From assembly GCA_043228905.1 (NCBI GenBank), contig JBHGNT010000017.1, forward strand, positions 6,944,001-7,008,000: DNA of 64,000 bases. The letters run 5' to 3'. This document shows, one piece after another, positions 1 to 11,939 of the stretch (positions are counted from its first letter, which is position 1; each line of letters begins with the position of its first letter). Origin of the DNA: Azolla caroliniana (lineage: Eukaryota > Plantae > Polypodiophyta). A program made the position numbers and the translations under genes. Under the pieces are notes generated by a model. The model had not been told where the DNA came from. It made no database searches and saw nothing but the letters and a program-made list of their open reading frames with translations.

Positions 1-359
1 GGTCAACAAAAACACATGAAAATTTGTGGGAACCTTTTATTTATTTTCTGTTTTATTAGAAAATAAAACAAATACATTTAAGTTTTATATCTATTATAAA
101 AATATTATTAGTGTGAGGTCCCCTTTTTAATGACAAATCAAAATATCAAATTTTGTGGGAGAGTAAAAAGTGGGGAATTAATGAACCTTTTATTTATTAT
201 TTATTTAAAACAAATACTTTTAAGTTTTACATCTATTATATAAAAATATTATGAGTGCCATAGATCTTTTAATAATTTTAAGTTTGAAAACGAAGACGTT
301 TGAAAAGGGAAAATAACGTGTTCCTTTTTATTTAATAAGTTTCATTTATTGTCATTACA

Positions 360-730
360 AATTTCCTCATCCTAATGGTATGTTGATATGCTATTGTTGT
401 TTATGTCTTGGGTTCGATTACCAATTTTTTCCTCTCTTTCTCATTAGTGTTATGTCATAGAAATTTTTTATATTAATGTTATACTAGTTTTTTTTTCTTG
501 TTATTATTAGAAATTAATTCAACGCAATGGTTAGTTGCCATGTTATTATTGCCTATGTCATGGGTTCAATTCTTAATTTTTCTCACATCCTCTCTTTCAT
601 GTCATGGCCAAAATTTTATGTTAGTGTCATGTTCCTTTTTTTTTTTCTTTTTTTTCTTTCTTTGTTATTAGAAATTAGCTCACCCTAGTGGTAAGTTGTT
701 ATGCTACTACTGCCCCTATGTCATGTTTTC
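360..730 (+). repeat. Three degenerate tandem tRNA-like (SINE-like) units, ~150-160 bp period
   Basis: Units contain an A-box-like TGGT(A/T)AG/TGGTATG (~376, ~528, ~689); the first two have a B-box-like GGGTTC(G/A)ATT (~410, ~562) followed by T-runs. The third unit is truncated. Confidence 0.4.
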
Positions 731-846
731 TTCATATTCTCAAATATATGTTTTATGAGTTTTTTAACGTTTGATTAGAATTTATAATGATATATTTTGA
801 TTCAATCTCTATAGTTCATACTCATTTTTTTGTAAAGTTCTAAAGT

Positions 847-996
847 GAGGATGATAGAGATGTCTTGATTCTTAAGAAGCATCCCAAAAGTATGCATGTG
901 ATACAATGCAAATATTGCAACCATACTTATGTTGGTGGTTCACAATGGATTAGAGTCCACTTATTGGGATTGAGAATGAATCAATATATAATATAG
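847..996 (+). pseudogene. hAT transposase BED zinc-finger fragment
   Basis: Translates ...KHPKSMHVIQCKYCNHTYVGGSQWIRVHLLGLR..., matching the CxxC-x5-GG-x5-HL pattern typical of plant hAT BED fingers. No downstream transposase. Confidence 0.6.
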
Positions 997-1207
997 ACCA
1001 TAGTCAATCCAATCCAACTTTGAGATGATTTACCATACACGTTTGATTGAATCATTTTCGAATGAGAATGCACGTATGGTTCACTCTATGTGTGTGTGTA
1101 TATATATATATATATGTATGTATATAATAGAGGAATTCATGGAGATGGAAAAGATCTGATTGCGTAAAGAAGATAAACCTCTGTTTTAAACAACAGGGAG
1201 CAAGGAG

Positions 1208-4200
1208 ATGGCCTTTCAGCAGAACAGGGGAGATGGAACTAATCACCCCGCCAGTAAGTCAGTTCTCACAATTCTCTTCTCGTATTCGTTAGCTTGTTCA
1301 TCAGCCTTTGGGTTAGCTCTTTAGTGTGTATGCATCATGTTCTGTGGAAATCCATTTTTGTCTCAATTCAAAATGAGAGCGTTTTCTTTTCTTTTCATAA
1401 CTCATTGAGAAATTTCCTCCTGTTAAATTTTTTTTAGGTTTGAATGTTTCTTCTGTCGGCTTTGTCATAAGAGAGAGAAAGCCAACATATGTTTTTATCT
1501 TTCTAATTTTTCATCAAGTGAATTTCAATATGTAAGTTTTTTTTTTCTTAATATGAGGTTTTGATCCCAAACTTGGATTGAGAGTATCCACATTGAGGGG
1601 GATCCTCAACATTTCAGGTGATCCTCCGCATTTTGATTAATCCTCATTATTTAGATTATTCTTCAATATTTAGAGAGACCTTCTACATTTAGAGTGATCC
1701 TCCATAATTAACTTTCCATAATCATCCTACTACCCATCTTGAATATGGAAGGATAAAATACATGGTATGCTGCATCATAGATATCTCCAACATGTATCCA
1801 CCTGAACTATCATTGATAGTCGAAAGTTTATCTATGTGTGACAGTATTTTCTTCATTTTCAGTTCACACCTATTATGGTGTATTATTATGTGTATAAATA
1901 ATTGATAAAACCAAAATCATGGTGCTTAACACCACTTAAATATCGGTAACTAGATCTGCTTATTGATTCTAATGCGGACAGAAATATTTATGCATTACAA
2001 AAAGGTTGGAACTTAACATCATCAAAGCACTGCCCATATACAGATACACTGCTCTTACTCCTCTAAATCCTCAATTTCTGAGTTGTAGACATGAATTTAC
2101 TGAAGCAGAATAAGCTAATCTGAGCTGGTATTGTCAAACAAAGGCAGACACATTATTCTTATGGTCAATTAATGCATGGTTTCAATGAGATGGTTTATTC
2201 CTGGTAAGCCTTTTAGATCGTGGATCGTGGCTGAAAAGCTGTCAGGACACATTGAACACAAAACTCTTAGATTATGGAACCAGATCTGAATTTTCATTAT
2301 GTCTGAAACACCCTTATTCAAGAGCAGCATTGGAAAAGAGAAAAATGGGTGAATTGGGCATGCATTTCTCAATAACATGTGTGATTTCTCGGTTGGGAAA
2401 GGGGGGTCAGCCAAGGTCACCTGGGGAAATAAAGAAAACGTAGGAGTACTTTGGAGTTTTCCATCTTTAATCAAAATCTCCATATGCAGAACCACTGCTT
2501 GGATCAGTGGCAGTTGTTGGTGCAGGTATCAGGTATTTGATTTTTGTTCAATATTTCATCAAAGCTATCGTGTGAAAATAATTTCTTGATATTTTTAGCG
2601 TATGGAAAAATTTGCTATATTTTTTATTAATTACCCAAGCACAGTGGTCTGGCTGCAGCATATCGGTTGAAGAAAGAAGGGGTAGCTGTCACATTATTTG
2701 AGGCAGAATGTTCGAGTGGAGGGAAAATCAAGAGTTTTTGTGATGATGGATTCATATGGGAGAATGGACCTAACACAATGGTAAGGAAGTTTATTTAGGA
2801 AAATAACCCACAGGAAGTTATACTCTTTGTTTACTTCTCTCACCATTGTTTTCTGTAACTACAGATAGAGAGTGGTCCTGAAGTCAGCAATGTGATTGAT
2901 GGATTAGAACTTCGAGAAAAGCAACAATATGTATGACAGCTGTACATTCACATAATGAATTCCTTAGCTTCCAAGAAGTTTATGATCTTTCTCCTACATG
3001 GTTTGCCATACCATGATTTCATCTTCAAAGATTACAGAGTCAAAAGAGCTGACGTTACAGTGATTCAGGGGCAAATGATTTTTGCCATTTTTATTGCTCA
3101 TAATGGTGATTGTGGGATATATCTTGGAGGAGAAACTTTTAGACAAGAAGAAGTTTTACAAGGAACTCTTTAATTATTCATATGGATAAAGACTCTTAAG
3201 ATGTCTCAATCACAATTGTTGGAAGGGAATATGAATCTTGTTTCACTGAATGGAGAATTATAAATCCATATCACCCTTGCTTCTTCTTCTTTTTCTAATT
3301 TTTCAAAAAGGGTCTTAGAAGCAAAGAAAACTTTGACACTCTTAATCTTAGGTTTTGACATATATAATTGCATAGGAAATCAAAAAAATTGAAGCCTCAA
3401 TTTGTTACATTTTTTGTTAGATTTAATTTTAACACAAAATTTATGAATTTATTCTTTTTGTTTTGTTTTTATTACAGCCAGTTCTACAACGCAGACGGTA
3501 TATTCTCCGAAATGGTGCACCTGAGTTGGTATGATTATACTATATTCCTATGACCCCTCTAAAACTTTAGTTTCATTTCATTTTTGTAATTATATAGTGT
3601 CAAGAATTATGAATGTTTGAGAAATAATTCTGCGATTTATGTGCAACATTCTTACTTATGTTGGTTCCCACAGATTCCATCGAATCCACTGGAATTATTT
3701 GGGAGCAAATTGCTTTCAGCTCAAGCCAAGGTATTTTATTTCATCATTCGTGGAAATTAATTATTTGTGCATATCTGTGTGTATATATATTTGTTCTCGT
3801 CTGCATTTTTGTTTGGGACATGTTTTTAAAAAATAATCTATAATCCATAACGATTTATTTCTCTATGGTCAGTTCTGCATTGTATTTGAACCTTTCCTAT
3901 GGAAGCGCAAGAAATCTACCAGCAATAAGGTGGAAGAAACAGAAAGCGATGAAAGGTTTTTGTGTCCACTTACTCAAATTTTGGTTGTATAGTTCTATAT
4001 TTTTATACTGCTTATCTAAAAATTCCTATATAACTCATAAAGTAATTGGTATCCCTAAAAATATTGTGATCATAAACTCATTTCAATTGCAGTGTTGGTG
4101 ATTTCTTTCAGAGACATGTTGGACGTGAGGTAATGGCAACAAATTCCCTTTTATAGTTTTAATGTTTGTGAATGTAATTCTTTTCCCACTAGAAATTGTC

Positions 4201-7200
4201 TTAAATGGTCAATGATAAGATTATCTAGTGAAGCTAAAACGAAGGTAAAAGAATTAGAGGGAACTACTAATTTGAGTGGAAACGTTCATGTTGTTACAAG
4301 AATGGAGCTGAGATATATAGGTAAAGTTTAACATCCAGATGGCTCCAGCATTTTGGCCATTGTGATATTGACAATCAATGGGTTATATGGATGATGAAGC
4401 AATTATAATATTCTTGAACAATGTTTTATGATCTCTATTGAGATCCCCTTGATGGGAGATTCAATATGGTAATCAAATATCTTTGTGTATTTGGGTTGCA
4501 ATTAATTATTTTGAGACTTAGATTTTTTCCACCTTTATTAGAACTGATTAAGTAAAGAACAAACTATCTGTGTTATTGTTGTCTATTATAGTTATTTTTG
4601 TGGTGTTTATCACTTATTTAAAAATATTATCTTCTCACAATATAATGACTGAAAGCCAGGACCCAACAAGACGACATTACTGAGCTCATTTGCTCCTTTT
4701 TGTAGTCTCAAATTGATACTCATATTATGGTTCCTGCATCATGTGAATTTGGGTGTTGAGTTGTTGATGCGGTTGATTGCTATGTTGTTAAGAAATTGCC
4801 AGATTGAGGAATTGGAAAAAATTATTCAATTGGGTTGTAAATTAGGCGAATTGAATGCAATTGTGGAACAAGTCATTAAATTGAATAATGAAATTGGTTA
4901 AATACATTGAAAGAATTAGAATATTTTAAATTTGATCTGGACAAGCTACATAATATGGTCCGTACAAATCACTGTGTTTCATTAATTATTACACCAACGA
5001 GATGCAATATTACTTTCTAAAAATATGAGAAGGAATTTATATATTTTCTCCTTATGAGTATTAAGATGATCCCTTCTCCCATATTTTCTATCAACAATTG
5101 ATTTAAAGAGCAATACATTTGTAATCAATCCATTGCCCTCCTATTTGTCCGGGAAAAAACAAAGATAGAGTAGTTGCAGTTTTACCTTAGAAAGGTAAAA
5201 GGAGAAAAAGGAACGTATTTGTTGTGAACAGATCTGATCAAAAGTGGGCAGAATAGGAAAGAACCTAACAAATAGAAAGAGGCCTATCTTGTACTGTTTT
5301 TTTTAGTGGATAGAAATCATAATATTAGCTTCTTCTTCCATGTTAATGTTATGCAGGTGGTTGACTATATTCTTGATCCATTTGTAGCTGGATCTTCTGG
5401 TGCGGATCCTGATTCATTGTCTGTAAGTTGTTTGATGAAAGAGGATCCTCTAAATTGCCATATCTCCATTGTTCTGATTTATTTTATTGCTGGTTATCTT
5501 GACAGGTACGACATGCATTCCCTGATGTTTGGAATCTCGAGAAAAGGTAAGATTAAACTTTTTGCTCGTCACATATCGCATTGCTTCTATGTGTTAGATA
5601 CTGTTAATTTTGCATGTTTACTGATGATTTCTCTTGGAGTTTCCTAGAAATATCTATTATAAATCCTAAGAAAGACATCACACACGAAATTGTTTGGAAT
5701 GTTTTGAGAAGGCAGAAAAATCAATCCGTAACTGAAATTGTTGATATAAGTGCTTGTTTTTAGAACTGCTCTACTTATGTGGCAACTTCTTTTGTAGAGT
5801 TTCACACAAATGAAAGGAGAATTTTCAACTTTCCAGCTATGCATACAACATTGGTAGATATTTTTGTATGAATGATTTGATTACGTTATTATAAATAGTC
5901 TTTGATTCCTCACTCATGATTTCTCGTGAATGTCAGCATTTACATGTAGATGGCTATATTAATAACCAGTACATAAACATTTGTATCTAACAAAATGTGA
6001 TCAACTTTTATGTGGAGGTTGTAATGGTTATACTTTTTAAATTGAACTTTGAAAATTAGCAAGTATTTGAAAAAAATTTCAGTTCATGATATATTTGATG
6101 ATAGTCTGCCCTTGGAAGTGATTAATGCACCGATGAACGCTTTCTTGATATCTTTGATAGATATGGTTCTTTGATTGTTGGAGCAATCAAATCAGCATTA
6201 GCCAAGAAGAAATCCAAGGGAATGGAGAGTGGCACGAAAAAATTGACTAATCCAAAGAAGGGTTCATTTTCTTTCATAGGTGGAATGCAGGTAGCTTGTC
6301 GTTTATTGAATTGTTCTATTATGTGAATGAATTCTGCAAGTTTTGAACATAAAGTCTCAAGTGTCTGGAGCTGCACGTAATGTCTGCTTTGGTTCTCTGC
6401 ACTTGCAATTGTGTTTGTACATAGTATGGGTACGATTGGTCATACAGAGTAAAGACACCTATCTATTCTTACAAATATCAACCCATTATTTGTATCCTTC
6501 AATGATGCTTTCTTTTCAGATAATTTCTAGTCATGATGAAGTAATGAAACATGTCTGCATAGGCTGTATATGAACCATCATCTATGTGGGTTTTTGCTTC
6601 TATTTGACATTATGTGGGATATATAAGTTCAATCCTCTGTCTCTTGTATACATTCATGAATGTGAATGTGTTGCATACTTATGTTTATGATTGTTTATTC
6701 TACTGATGGATGTTGTCAATGCAGACTTTTACAGATGCCATAGCAGGATATATTGGAAAAGACAACATCAAATATAATGCACCTGTGTTGTCATTAGCAT
6801 GCAATCAACAAGGAAACCCGCTTCGTGATAGCTGGAAAGTATCGTTTTCAGATGCTTCAAGTGAAGACGAAAAGAAAACTGAACTTAACTTTGATGCAGT
6901 TATCATGACTGTGAGTCTCTATCTTCCATCTTTGATCAACAGAGATGTAAGATTTTCCTTGCTGTAGAAACATGTTTGTGTTGGACCAGCCCATTATATG
7001 TACTTAGATTGACAAAAAATTCCAGTTACATTGAGCTTCAATTTAACTCACTTTAATGCAAATGTCTTCGAATTATAGGCTTTAGTAAGTAGATTGTAGG
7101 TAATTCACTGATTTTCTGTCACTTCTGTAGTTCCCCACAATGAAAAAATGTGCACTGCGTTAGCCTCCTTTTGGGTCTCATAGGTCATTTTGGTCACTTA

Positions 7201-10033
7201 GAGATTATACATATATATAAATATACATGCACAAATACACACACACATACACACACACACATATATACATGTATGTATTTCTCTCTCTCATAGGCAGAAG
7301 TTGAAACCTTAGGAAGATTTTCTGATACCTTAGGAAGTCAAGCTAATTTAGATACGTTTATTTTGGTTTGTTGTACTCAAAGATGTGACAACATTTTAAT
7401 ATGTAATCTCTTGTTCCATCTGATAGGGCAAATCTGCCTCTTCATATACAAAAAAGGTAAAACGTTTAATGAGAAGCAACCTAGCACCGAACTGACCTCA
7501 CTTTGGGCTTGGCATGATTATGCACAGATCCTTTACCATATTTCCTTCTCCACCCATATGGCTCACACTCACGTGGATCCACCTTTTTTACTCTACGAAA
7601 GGTGAGAAATGTGATTGATACATTAGGATTTGGAAAGGCCCAAGATCATGATAGATTGATGGATGAGCTTTATGACACACCCCACTTATTGCACATATCT
7701 TTAATAGAGCTATGTGTAAAGGCTGTGGACAGAATATAACATTGTACCAATATTTAAGAGCAGGCCTAGTTTAATCCTAGAGTTAGTATTGAGTGAATGT
7801 GCAGAGAGAAATGGATGTCATTCAGCTAGACAGCCAGGTCCCACTAAGGGGCTCACAATTTTGGGTCATGAATTAACCCTTTGAGTCCTTATTGAGGACG
7901 GAAGTGTCCCACTATGAGACACTTTTTACACACATCGGAGGATGAATTTATCATCAGGCCATCTTATATGGACATACATCTATCCTATAGGTGCCTAGTG
8001 TGATAGGGCAGCTGTGAACTTCATCACTATCAGTTAGAGATTGAGGTAGGAAGATATGCACGACTACCTCTAGAAAGAATTTCCCAATTGGGTCATCAGG
8101 GAGTGGATTGTCTCTTTAGGCAAGGCTTTGGCCCACTATGCAAGGTAATGGAATATGAAGACCAACGGTGCTTGGGGCTTTTCTTGCTAGAACTCAAGAG
8201 ACGCAGGGAGAATTTGTTTAAGGAAAACAGTACAGCCACACAAGCTTATCAACAAAGAATAATCACAACTTTCTTTGACCCCATCACTCATACTCATGCT
8301 ACAAGTCAATCAAGGGCTACACAAATGGGCTCCTAACCAGGAATAGCAAAGGGGTTACAAAAGATCAGGAAATAGCAATTTGCCATGTACGTAGGCATGG
8401 ACCACAACATCACCACCCTTGTCATCTACAAATAAAGGCCATTATCTCCTCCTGCCTTCATTGGTCCTTCCCTCACTTCAGAGACCTCTCTATTTTGGAT
8501 CAACCTATGCTAGAGAACTTTCGAAGACAAAAATTATAATATATCTGACTTGAGAATCTTACACGTACTGATAACAAGATTCTTTAGTCACCTTTTAACT
8601 TATTTATGTTTTTTAACTCAGAAACATCTATTTTGGTTTTTTCTCAAAGACGAGACAACACTTAAGATGTGATCTCTTGTTTGGTCTTATAGGCCATTAG
8701 TAATATATCTGTCTTTCTTTCTTTCCTTCCTTCCTTCTCCAAGTTTCTGAAGGATACTGAAGTATATATCTATCTATATTTATATATTTATTCTGAGTTC
8801 CAGGCTCCTTTAAGTGATTTTGGGAACATGCAAATTTGCAAAGACGGGAAACCATACTCATTACAGTTTGTGCCTAAGGTGAGATTTACTTGTGCATATA
8901 ATAACACAAATTTGTGAAGGTTTTTTTAAAGAAACATTGTTTAGATCAATTCAACTTGTATGCTCAACATCAGGTTATCTATCAACCTCTGTCTGTACTG
9001 GTGATGGCTTTTAAAAAGGAAGAAGTGAAACATGCATTAGATGGGTTTGGAATTCTGATACCATCGAAAGAACAAGCTAATGGTTTTCAGACCCTAGGTG
9101 ATTGATTCTCATCAAGGTTTTTCTCCAATTGATTTCCTTGAAAAACGTGGTATCCTTTACAGAAAAAATAACTGAATTATTTGAAAATTTCTAGGCACAA
9201 TCTTTTCATCTTCTATGTTCCCAGATCGAGCGCCATCAGATACTTTACTTCTCACCACCTTTATTGGAGGTAGCAGAAACAAGACACTTGCATCCAAACC
9301 AGGGTAAAGGAGACAGATTTACATTATATCTAGATACTCTTGAATGGTCAGCTGAATTCCATCCTTTATCTCTTTTAGCACTGAGTTAAAGGAAGCAGCT
9401 CTGGGGGATCTACGTCGAATAATGGGTATTTTGGGCCCACCGGTGTTCTTCAAGTACGAAAATGCGTTTTCTTAAGAAGAGATTTTGATCATGTCTTTGG
9501 GATTTTTTTTTTCCTTGTATGTTGATGGTTCTTTGTTTCCTTGAATGTGACCATGGTTCCCATGTAAACTCAGGCATATATTTTGGAGAAATGCATTTCC
9601 TCAATATGGACAAGGTTATGATGGTGTTCTTAATGCATTACAAAAGCTGGAGAGAGATCTTCCTGGGTTCTATTATGCTGGTATTAATATTTCTAGTTTC
9701 AATAAGTTTATGATTCTTAAAGCATGTGAAGTTAACTCTATTCCAAACGTTAATTGTAAAACTTTCTGCATTGTATATTGCAATGTGTGTAACCACCCAC
9801 TCACATGGGTAACTTCTAAAATGGAAACTAAGGAAAAAAAGTATGTAATAAGATTAGTTGTTGCTTAAAAAACAATTTCAACCCTGTATCTTTCTCTTAC
9901 AGGGAATCATAAAGGAGGGCTGGCGGTAGGAAAAGCCTTGGCATCAGGTTACAACATTGCTGCTGAAGTTGTGGAATATCTGCAAACATCTGGTGGCCAG
10001 AAGTTATATACAATGGCATTAACAGATGTATAA
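1208..10033 (+). CDS. PPO2: Protoporphyrinogen IX oxidase 2 (HemY-type flavoprotein, mitochondrial-type PPO2), 18 exons, 520 aa
   Basis: GT-AG exons with consistent phases: 1208-1253, 2490-2532, 2645-2780, 2865-2930, 3478-3528, 3674-3730, 3873-3955, 4093-4129, 5357-5422, 5506-5546, 6161-6290, 6725-6910, 8804-8878, 8974-9097, 9195-9303, 9379-9453, 9574-9680, 9903-10033 (1563 nt, open to TAA). Motifs: FAD-binding [105 protein letters not shown]. Exon 1 is inferred from ATG, donor site and phase only. Confidence 0.95.
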
Positions 10034-10849
10034 TCATAGGAATAGATCATAATCATTTGTTCTTTTACTTAAAACATGACAAATCATTAATCAAGTCATT
10101 TCGAAACAAAGGCAAGTTACAAGAAAGGAACTTGTTCAAACATCTTGTTTTGCATATGTAATAATGTTCAATTATGTTAGCTTGCAACTACTGGTAAGTA
10201 GTTATATGGCAACTTGAGGCTCAAGTGGTTTAATGAAAACTAGTTAGGCTTCTATGAAGAAGCGTGAAGTTTGAAACATAGATAATATAGACAAGGAAAA
10301 CGTGTATCGCAGTAAAATCAAGTGTCAATACTTAGAATAGATGACCGTTATTATATATTATTATAGTTTTTTAGATTTGCATGATTTTTATTCCCCAAAA
10401 CTTATAATGCACACATGATAATAAGCATTGCACTCAATCAGACCCTTTTCGTTTTTGTCTCTTTCCCCATCTATTCTATTCTCTTTCATTCTCCTTTCTT
10501 TTTTCTCTTTCATTCCATCCTTTCTCTCATTTTTCCCAATAAGATAATCCCTTCTTCCTTCATTTCTCTTTTTTGGTTTTCAAGTCTCGGCCCCATTTTT
10601 CTATGCCTCACATTTAGGGATATACAAAAGTTTAGCAAATGGAGCCCAAGCTTTTTTTCCCTCATGTACGTGTAACTACTAAAACTTATTGTCTTATCAG
10701 TATTTATGATGATTCATAGAAACAAGATATGAAGCTTGCTGTCAAGTTCCCATTGTTATAAAGATCTTAGTGTCAATAAGAAGAAATAATAAAGCAAGGC
10801 ATAAAAGCACGATCCAATAGTGATGAGTGCTACAATGAAGACCTCAAGG

Positions 10850-11330
10850 ACAAGTGTTGAAAATGACATCTATGAAAAGATTTGAGTGTTTTGGATAGTC
10901 TTTATGTAGCCAAGTCATCTTGGTGTTTGAGACTAACAAAATCATTCATCGTGACCAATATTATGGTTTAATGCTCTTCAGTAGACAAACCACGTGCCCA
11001 AGTTGTGATTTTCAAGATATGGTTTGCCTTGTGATTCATCACAAACATTCCTTCATAGTTTTCATGTTTGGAGTTGGCAGCGTATTTGGTGAGTTTGAGG
11101 CCGTTGGTGATATCACTATCTTATGTACAACAATTTGCCTCAATGGGATTGAGTTTGCTATTATACCAACATTCCATTTTTGTTTTATCGTTTTTTTGCA
11201 ACTTTTGAACTCCCCTTTCTTCTAAGTTTACTCTTTTATTGCACATTCTCTACCATCCAACCTACTTCATCTTTAATGGTTGTGATTGTTTATTTACTAT
11301 GAGTAGAGAATTTTGATTTGGGAGACCATG
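10850..11330 (-). mobile_element. Highly degenerate Ty1/Copia gag-protease fragment (family A-like)
   Basis: Minus strand gives TWFVY*RALNH..HDE*F..QTP...GYI (decayed WFVDSGASHHM protease motif) and shares the TPNMKTM segment seen near 17610-17630. Confidence 0.55.
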
Positions 11331-11379
11331 CTCTTCATGCTTTGAGGGGAGGGGAGTAGAGGAGATACACACAAATTGA

Positions 11380-11780
11380 TTTTATTATGCCTTTGAAGGT
11401 CAAACATGACCAATGAGTACAAAAATAGAGCACTTTCATGTAGTATGTGAACATGAGTAGTGACTCTCAATGTTCAAAAACTTTACTACTGAATGTTGGA
11501 TTTGAGGGAAAACACAATGATTGCAAGAGGAATTTGTGCAAGGATTGGGTTGAGATTTGTGGAAATCATAGTCAAATGTGACCAAAGACATAGCATTGTA
11601 TTATTATCTTTGAAGATAAAATATGACCTTCATTTTCATGTAGTATGTGAACATGAATAGTGAATCCCAATGGTCAAGAACTTTACTAGTGAATGTTGGA
11701 TTTGAGAAAAACACTATTATTGCGAGAGAAATATGTGCAAGGATTTGTGGAAAACATAGTCAAATGTGACCAAAGAAAAG
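11380..11780 (-). repeat. Two extra copies of the LINE 3' end
   Basis: GTGACTCTCAATGTTCAAGAACTTTAC...GTGCAAGGATT block recurs at ~11460, ~11660, ~12021 and ~14464. Confidence 0.65.
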
Positions 11781-11939
11781 AACATAGCCTAACACTCCCA
11801 AACTTACATAGCCTACTAAAGAGCTTACCTTTATCTTTCTTTCCACTTCCATTCTTCTTATAAAATAGGGCATTGTATCAAAGTTGGACACTAACGCTCC
11901 CAAAATTGTTTAGAGAATCACATAGATAGCTATATAAAG

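Noticed and set aside
1598-1710. Short ~20-bp degenerate repeats in PPO2 intron 1
   Set aside because: Too degenerate to assign a function or origin.
4713-4901. Intronic ORF with a leucine-heptad look
   Set aside because: Short and AT-rich with no supporting splice structure; PPO2 splices cleanly without it.
7350-8695. ~80-bp degenerate direct repeats (~7350 and ~8620) in PPO2 intron 12
   Set aside because: Probably an old insertion, but no TG..CA termini, TSD or coding motif could be supported.
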